This document shows, piece after piece, positions 58,188 through 64,000 of a stretch of DNA of 64,000 nucleotides. Position 1 is the stretch's first letter. Every line of letters begins with the position of its first letter. Source of the DNA: a virus (Duplodnaviria; Caudoviricetes); the IMG/VR virus record IMGVR_UViG_3300037501_000255, one strand, 5' to 3'. A model generated the notes under the pieces. That model was given only the letters and a program-made list of their open reading frames with translations, did not search any database and was not told the origin of the DNA. The position numbers were made by a program, and so were the translations under genes.

Positions 58188-58753
58188 CGGAGCCTCTCGA
58201 AAAATTCCTTGATAGTTAAAGAGAATATTGACTCATCTTTGTATTTACCTTTAATGAAGACGGACCGGCGCCGAATACCTTCAGCAGTGAAGCCATTGGC
58301 ATCTAATACTTCTGCTATATCATTGGTGCTCACAGCGCTTATCCACACCTTATTTAGACACAACTCTCTAAATGCATAGTCCAAAAGAGTTTTGAATGCA
58401 TGCTGGGAGGCAGGATGATCTTGCAGTGTGCTTTTGTGTCCATCCTTATCTACCATTATGAATATCAGCCGACCATGGCGAGAGGCCCAATCTATATCAG
58501 TAATTCCACATATTCCAACAAGCCAACTGCGACTTGCTGAAGAGCTGTCTGACTTAGATACTCTTATAGCAAACATATGTTTATCTGTGTGCAGTATACG
58601 CTCATACCACTCAGAAAAGTTCATATCATTAAATTCAGAACGCTCATCCATAAGTAGGTTGAATCCAGAATTTATGATATTCTTCACTGAGTTAATGTCG
58701 GATCGATCGATCTGAGATAATTCTACATGAAGATCACTCATTTTTAAACTCAT
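58184..58753 (-). CDS. GNAT (RimJ/RimL-type) acetyltransferase
   Basis: VGICGITDIDW, DYAFRELCLNKV, GFTAEGIRR, G.YKD. Confidence 0.85.
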   Translation of the reverse strand: MSLKMSDLHVELSQIDRSDINSVKNIINSGFNLLMDERSEFNDMNFSEWYERILHTDKHMFAIRVSKSDSSSASRSWLVGICGITDIDWASRHGRLIFIMVDKDGHKSTLQDHPASQHAFKTLLDYAFRELCLNKVWISAVSTNDIAEVLDANGFTAEGIRRRSVFIKGKYKDESIFSLTIKEFFERLR

Positions 58754-59204
58754 TTTGGAATATGGACATCTCTACCACATGAACATATTTTCCATCTAAA
58801 TAGTAGTGCTGTCTTTTACGCACCTCAATATTACCACCTAGGAAAATATGGTCTTTGATAGCCTCGCTACGATCGTATATTATGTCTGCAGTGAGTTTAT
58901 TGCAGTTATATGTGTCGAATAAATCTGACAATACTCTGCGTATTATCATCCGGCGATCGGCATCTGTAGAAAATATTATTGAATATTTCAGAACACGACT
59001 TATCCAATTTATACTATGTACCTTGATAAAGGCTACGGGGTTTCCATCTTCAGACAGGATTACGCGCCAGGAGCCCAGCTCCCCCTCGATCTCATCCATT
59101 GTCCGCTTATGCTTGTCGTACAACACATAGTCATGCTCTTTTCTATTGATTGCAACAACTATATTGGATATGTGTATCTTTTCTGCCTTACTTGCTCTCA
59201 GCAT
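58734..59204 (-). CDS. Second GNAT (RimJ/RimL-like) protein
   Basis: I.WISR, FDTYNCNKL, EVRKRQHYYLDGKY. Confidence 0.7.
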   Translation of the reverse strand: MLRASKAEKIHISNIVVAINRKEHDYVLYDKHKRTMDEIEGELGSWRVILSEDGNPVAFIKVHSINWISRVLKYSIIFSTDADRRMIIRRVLSDLFDTYNCNKLTADIIYDRSEAIKDHIFLGGNIEVRKRQHYYLDGKYVHVVEMSIFQNEFKNE

Positions 59205-59305
59205 TACTAAGTCCCTCTTGCACCGGGATTGTCGTACAGTCCCGTACGCTACTGCATACTATTTTTGTGCCAGAGTAGGTCCATTTTACAATTTTGAATA
59301 CGCCA

Positions 59306-60472
59306 TCAGGTCTTTTGTGAATCTTCTTCTTCAATAATCCTCCCTGTTGATTTTGCAAGTGCCAAAATCTTGTCTAGTGCAAGATTCCAGGTATATTGGG
59401 GCGCAGTTTTAGCCATTTCAGGCTTCATCTTAATACACACATCGCTATAATTTTCATAAACATACCGCAACTTCTCGCCAAAATCCACAGGGTCAGGATT
59501 TCCCGTAGTTGCACCTGGGGTTACACCCCAGTATTGCTCTTGCGGAAGAGCTTTTCTTACACCGCAACGCGTAAGTATAGAGTTGGAATCATTTAAGAAA
59601 TCTAGTTGGCCGCCGAAACGGGGGGCTACAACCGGCAAGCCGCAGGAGAGTGCCTCTAAGAAGGGCATCCCCCACCCTTCAGATGCAGTCATAAGCGCAA
59701 ATGCATTGCAGGCCGTATATAGGGATGCCATGTTATCCACTTTCTTATTGACTATACAGATTTCTGGCATCATTTTACCATATTTCTTAGACAATTGATT
59801 TAACTTCGGTCTCAAGTCAACCTCGAAGGGCTTGACTTGCTCTCCATTTTTGAATATTTTAGTTTTAAGAACCAGGCACACATCGTCATCTACAGCAAAT
59901 GTTTTACAAAATACATCTAGTAGGGCAGGCAATTGTTTTCTGTAGTGCGGGGCTGCAACGCATAGAAATTTGAATTTCTTTTGTGTTGGAAGCTCTGCAG
60001 GCGGCGCTGATGGGTTAAATAGACCCAGATCTATTCCGTGATGTACGACGTGTATCTTTTCCGAGGGGCATCCGTTGCGGCGGAACATGTCGGCAACATA
60101 GTTGCTGGATGGAAGCACGAAATCAACTAGGTGGTAGAATTTTTTCCAGCCTGCAGGCATATGACTTGATTCATAGTCGTATAGTGCCATCTTAACTTTT
60201 GATGATGTTAAGAATCTTTGTTGGAAATTCTGTGGTACAGTGAATACTATATCGATATCATATGGTATTCCCTTCCTTATCATATGTCGTTCTGATAGCA
60301 TCGCATCGGAATTCCTCTTTTCATTCCAATACATCATCCCATTAGTACCATTTGTTGATATGAAATCTACCGCATGACCGCGAAGCTCCGCAGCGTGCAG
60401 TAATTCCTCCATAACCACAGACCATGATAGGTCTGCGGCTCCCCAGGTAAAACTTCGTATCCTCATTGTCAC
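59306..60472 (-). CDS. GT4-family glycosyltransferase
   Basis: VHHGID, YRKQ, SEGWGMPFLEALSCGLPVV..FGG..DF. Confidence 0.92.
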   Translation of the reverse strand: MTMRIRSFTWGAADLSWSVVMEELLHAAELRGHAVDFISTNGTNGMMYWNEKRNSDAMLSERHMIRKGIPYDIDIVFTVPQNFQQRFLTSSKVKMALYDYESSHMPAGWKKFYHLVDFVLPSSNYVADMFRRNGCPSEKIHVVHHGIDLGLFNPSAPPAELPTQKKFKFLCVAAPHYRKQLPALLDVFCKTFAVDDDVCLVLKTKIFKNGEQVKPFEVDLRPKLNQLSKKYGKMMPEICIVNKKVDNMASLYTACNAFALMTASEGWGMPFLEALSCGLPVVAPRFGGQLDFLNDSNSILTRCGVRKALPQEQYWGVTPGATTGNPDPVDFGEKLRYVYENYSDVCIKMKPEMAKTAPQYTWNLALDKILALAKSTGRIIEEEDSQKT

Positions 60473-60954
60473 CTATTCTTGACAGTTGCTTGGTGTTGAT
60501 GTTCGCTGAGCTTCATAGCTGGTTTCTGCTTCTTTTGGACCTTTTGTTTTTTATTATTCGATCCAAGCAGTGAGGCCAGGCCTGCGATAGTTACGCATGC
60601 AATGGCTAGGCGTGCAATGCTTTCCGTGGCTGGGGTACTATCACTATCCTCTCTGGGCGACAGGTCGTCTTCTGACATATCTAGGACGGAGTAAAGCATA
60701 ACCTCGGCGCCCGCGCGGCGGGCCTCTTCTATGAATTCCTGCTGCAAATGCAACGTATATTCGTCTGTATATAGCTCTCTTGGATCCCACATTGCAATGA
60801 TGAACTTGGAGATTTCCTCTCCGAATGCGCCAGCATGTACATCCAATTTTACTGAACGAATGCCTCCGACCATATAGCCGTTATAGTGCACACTCGTCTT
60901 GCCCATAGAAGCATCTAGCGCCATTTTAATCTCGATATTATTGCCCAGCTTCAT
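60469..60954 (-). CDS. Tail-anchored hypothetical protein
   Basis: Acidic linker then IARLAIACVTIAGLASLLG-SNNKKQKVQKKQK. Confidence 0.75.
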   Translation of the reverse strand: MKLGNNIEIKMALDASMGKTSVHYNGYMVGGIRSVKLDVHAGAFGEEISKFIIAMWDPRELYTDEYTLHLQQEFIEEARRAGAEVMLYSVLDMSEDDLSPREDSDSTPATESIARLAIACVTIAGLASLLGSNNKKQKVQKKQKPAMKLSEHQHQATVKNR

Positions 60955-60965
60955 TCTTTACCTCA

Positions 60966-63734
60966 TTATATCAAAAGATCTGCAATTTGAGATGAGGTTA
61001 CTTTGGTTACCGCGTCTTTAAATCCGGCTTTCTTAAGACTTACGGAAATAACTATTCTTGTGCGCAACTGCGGGAGAGCACTGCTCTCTTTTATATTCTT
61101 GCAGTGTAGACGCAATAGCCCAGTTGAGTGGTCAATGTAAGTACCAATGATCTCATCTGATATAAAATACCCGTCGTTATAGTCGTAGCCATCTAGATCC
61201 TTAGAGAAAGAGCTTATGGCAACTTCAAATCTAACTTGATTATCTGCAATGGCAGATGAGGCCACATAAGTGCCATCAGAGAAACGCATCTTACCCAAGA
61301 CAAGTGACGAGAATATATTGATCTCGCCAACAGTATCACCTGTCGGCAATTCCAATTCGATAATGTTCTTTTCAAAATCCAGAGTATGCACGGAGCCATC
61401 AAGATGCTTAATATCTCCAGTCAGATACACATCTCCTGGTATAAATGCACTGTTTAGGCCGCCATTCTCAGGGGAGCTCTGCAAGTCTGAGAGATCGAAA
61501 TCTATAAATGTCGTCGTGACAAATCTACGCAGATCAAGCACTTCGATACTATCACAATCCCATGTTGGCACGAAGTTTATTTGGAACGTTATAGGCGAGA
61601 ATGATGTGTTGTTTACAAGAGTTGTGTCCTCGCTATGGATTGCTAGTGTCGACTCTGCTGTTGTTGTCAGTTTTGAAAATTGATTAAATAGCGGCTCAAC
61701 CGTCAGTCTAACGCGCGTAAACGATGAGCCAGCAGTGAAGCCTGTGCCATTATTAAGGTATTGCGTTAGCTCATACCCATCATCGGCGGCCGTGACGTAA
61801 CCATCGCCCGACACATCAGCGCGCAGCAGCTCAGCTACGCTTACGGCCCCATTTAGCACAGCCTGTAGTTGAGTTGATGGCGAGACCGTGCCCTGATTAA
61901 GATTGGGGGCATACCCATCCAACTCAACCAGACGAGCCGCATCTTCTAAGCTGATTACGCCGTCGCCATCCAGATCACCGTAAATATCAGTGAGGATTTC
62001 CTGCTTTATTATCCTATATTTCTTAGTTGGTTGCAATGTGTTTGGGATAATGGTTGACCCAACCACGTTTTGAACCAACAAGTCTGATCCCGGATTGATG
62101 ATATCAAGCGTGTTGTTGATCGCCAAAGCCGGGTAGAGCAGACTTCCAGATATTTGTGGATTGTTTTTCGGATTTCTGTCGCGCATTCTACCTAAAAGTA
62201 GTGGCTTGAGTCCGGAATCTAGGAGATCGCTTACACTGTCTTGCTCGAGTGCGGATATTAGGGCTACATCCGTTTGGCGGGATGCCTGGCTGTCGCCCGT
62301 CTTTGGATGTGCTATTATGTCAGAATATTCTTCTGTATTCTGAAGAATGATATAATTCTCCGCATCTTCGGAAGTATTAACTAGCGGTATGTTATCTGCA
62401 AACCGCTGTACCGTTACCGCGTTATTGTCTAGCTCGGTTTTTGGTTCAGCGATTCGAATGCCGGCATCATATGCAATACCGCTGGCGGCAAAGGCCCCGG
62501 CCGTCCATACCTGGAACCACATTGACTTGTCTGCTACATCCGTCCAAACTCCGGTATCAAATACGCTAAGGCGCAGGTCTGCGTTAGAATTGCGCGCTTC
62601 TGGAGTAACAAGCGTGCCAGTCGCAGTAGATCCTAGACGACGTATCGTGATGGCGTAGAATTGCCCGTCTACCAGCCCACTAAGAGTGGGATTGCCTAGT
62701 TTTGTACCTGAAAATACAACGTCAATTATCTTATAATTTGTATCTAGTACAATCCCTTGATTAAGCAGATCATTCTGAGTTAGTGTAATTGTCTCTATTG
62801 AGTTTACATCTGGATCGAATGCTATCTCCGTGTCTGGCAGATAATCCGTCGAAACCGAAGCTGTATCAAGAAGTGGTCTGAGGCCAACCTCTAGCGAGCC
62901 GCTCCATGATGTGCCGGAAGATAGTGCAAATGCTAGCGATATTTTCTGTATGTTATTGCCGCGCATCTTGAACTTCTGCGCGAGCATAAACGCAGTGTCG
63001 GCACCTTGGGTAAATTCGCGTGTAGTCGCCGTTGTAGTGTTAACGTTAAGATCGTCTATATCATTCGCTGGCCCCAGTGCCGCCACGAGTTCCTCATGAA
63101 GGCTCTTGGCTACTTCGGATGTTTTAAAGTATGCAAGGCGTAGATCGGGTTCTGCTATCTGCTCGGCTGCGATACATCCGCGATCAAGTCGAAATGATGA
63201 GGCCTCGGTAAGAATGAGTCTTCCGCCTACATCAAAACACCCATAGCCATCAATAGATGTATTTTGATTTCCACGTAAATTTTGTGTTAGAATATTCGTA
63301 ACTTCAATAAAGTGATTTCTAGTTATCTTGGACACGTTGTCATTTAATTCAACCATCTCATAAATCAAGCTGTTGTCGAAAGTTTTGCCTAATATTAGAA
63401 CTGATGTTTTCAGGATGCCATCAACTCTTGCATCTGACAGGGTCACGGCCAATTGATTGCCCCCAACCCTGTCTGTGCACAGATACGGCGAGCTTAGCAA
63501 GCCCTGTCCGTCAAACGTATTAAGTGCCTCAAGCCCTTGCTGAAATGCGTCGAGTGAATCACTGTCAAAAATGACGGGCTCTTCCGGAAAGTCAAGCTGA
63601 ATTCCGCTTCCGGCGACGGTGCTGGCGAGGGCTGCGGTGTTTTTGAGGTGAAATTCCTGCTCAGTTTGCAGGTCATCCTTGCTTACCTGCATAAAATCGA
63701 AGAAATTGTTACGTTTTAGTAATTCAATAGTCAT
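60966..63734 (-). CDS. Large virion structural protein with dockerin-like Ca-binding repeat pair
   Basis: 922 aa, acidic and beta-rich; GDLDGDGVISLED and ADVSGDGYVTAAD. Confidence 0.7.
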   Translation of the reverse strand: MTIELLKRNNFFDFMQVSKDDLQTEQEFHLKNTAALASTVAGSGIQLDFPEEPVIFDSDSLDAFQQGLEALNTFDGQGLLSSPYLCTDRVGGNQLAVTLSDARVDGILKTSVLILGKTFDNSLIYEMVELNDNVSKITRNHFIEVTNILTQNLRGNQNTSIDGYGCFDVGGRLILTEASSFRLDRGCIAAEQIAEPDLRLAYFKTSEVAKSLHEELVAALGPANDIDDLNVNTTTATTREFTQGADTAFMLAQKFKMRGNNIQKISLAFALSSGTSWSGSLEVGLRPLLDTASVSTDYLPDTEIAFDPDVNSIETITLTQNDLLNQGIVLDTNYKIIDVVFSGTKLGNPTLSGLVDGQFYAITIRRLGSTATGTLVTPEARNSNADLRLSVFDTGVWTDVADKSMWFQVWTAGAFAASGIAYDAGIRIAEPKTELDNNAVTVQRFADNIPLVNTSEDAENYIILQNTEEYSDIIAHPKTGDSQASRQTDVALISALEQDSVSDLLDSGLKPLLLGRMRDRNPKNNPQISGSLLYPALAINNTLDIINPGSDLLVQNVVGSTIIPNTLQPTKKYRIIKQEILTDIYGDLDGDGVISLEDAARLVELDGYAPNLNQGTVSPSTQLQAVLNGAVSVAELLRADVSGDGYVTAADDGYELTQYLNNGTGFTAGSSFTRVRLTVEPLFNQFSKLTTTAESTLAIHSEDTTLVNNTSFSPITFQINFVPTWDCDSIEVLDLRRFVTTTFIDFDLSDLQSSPENGGLNSAFIPGDVYLTGDIKHLDGSVHTLDFEKNIIELELPTGDTVGEINIFSSLVLGKMRFSDGTYVASSAIADNQVRFEVAISSFSKDLDGYDYNDGYFISDEIIGTYIDHSTGLLRLHCKNIKESSALPQLRTRIVISVSLKKAGFKDAVTKVTSSQIADLLI

Positions 63735-63743
63735 AATCCCTCT

Positions 63744-64000
63744 TTACTCCACAAAATTAACATATGCCCGTGTATGTGCCGGCTTAATTCTACCAATTAG
63801 ACTCTCGATGAGGGTCATGGCAATGGCATTATTCATAATTACATCAAATGAGTCTACAACGTTAACATCAAAGCTGGACAGGTGCGTGCTGCGAGACAGC
63901 AGGTTTGATAGGAATTCCGTTTCAACAACATTCTTATCAAAATCATATATAGCTGTAGTTAATGTATCTTCTATTACAGGCGATGCCGCTTCAAGATTCG
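63744..64000 (-). CDS. Baseplate/tail protein, C-terminal part (5' end outside window)
   Basis: Hand translation ends LIESLIGRIKPAHTRAYVNFVE*; KPAH is typical of baseplate wedge proteins of contractile tails. Confidence 0.7.
   Translation of the reverse strand, partial: NLEAASPVIEDTLTTAIYDFDKNVVETEFLSNLLSRSTHLSSFDVNVVDSFDVIMNNAIAMTLIESLIGRIKPAHTRAYVNFVE

Noticed and set aside
59205-59305. Possible structured RNA between the GT4 and GNAT genes (GGGA/UCCC alternatives, GGUGCAAG loop)
   Set aside because: Single copy, short stems, no complete ribozyme core.
1-64000. CRISPR array, DGR, retron or integrase
   Set aside because: No regularly spaced repeats, reverse transcriptase, adenine-variant repeat pair or recombinase was seen in this window.
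1-64000. Giant eukaryotic virus (NCLDV) origin suggested by the HRxDGPA repeats and tubulin
   Set aside because: Shine-Dalgarno sites, ATGA coupling, sigma factors, GroES, PhoH, lysins and a baseplate KPAH motif indicate a bacteriophage.

Overview
64 kb of a large tailed (probably contractile-tailed, jumbo-type) bacteriophage genome, in three parts. (1) 1-9.6 kb: GC-rich (about 60% by eye) minus-strand arm of small genes, including a sigma-70 factor, DUF932, tRNA-Leu, an Rnl1-type RNA ligase and a PNK-like kinase. Its intergenic gaps hold structured RNAs: a canonical type II hammerhead ribozyme, two twister-like ribozyme candidates bracketing a 61-codon ORF, two repeated pseudoknot motifs, and a roughly 730-nt GNRA-rich non-coding RNA at the head of the arm. 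(2) 10-29 kb: lower-GC accessory region (two convergent arms) with purine and ADP-ribose enzymes (purB, gmk, purA, nucleoside hydrolase, ADP-ribosylglycohydrolase, AlkB, MAP). It also holds a set of mini-proteins ending in a shared acidic-aromatic tag (D-F-[DE]-W-like). Three of them appear to be separate fragments of a jumbo-phage major capsid protein, and diverged neck- and decoration-like paralogs lie nearby. (3) 29-64 kb: minus-strand core block with GroES, lysis enzymes, folA/thyA/tmk/rnhB/phoH/nrdJ, a second sigma factor, homing endonucleases, five tail-anchored proteins (three with HRxDGPA repeats), DnaB/DnaC/UvsW-like genes, a tubulin/FtsZ homolog, a sugar-modification cluster and virion genes. 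Many genes carry 1-nt homopolymer frameshifts that look like long-read errors, so 'pseudogene' status is uncertain. All family assignments are by motif recognition or recall; no searches were run.
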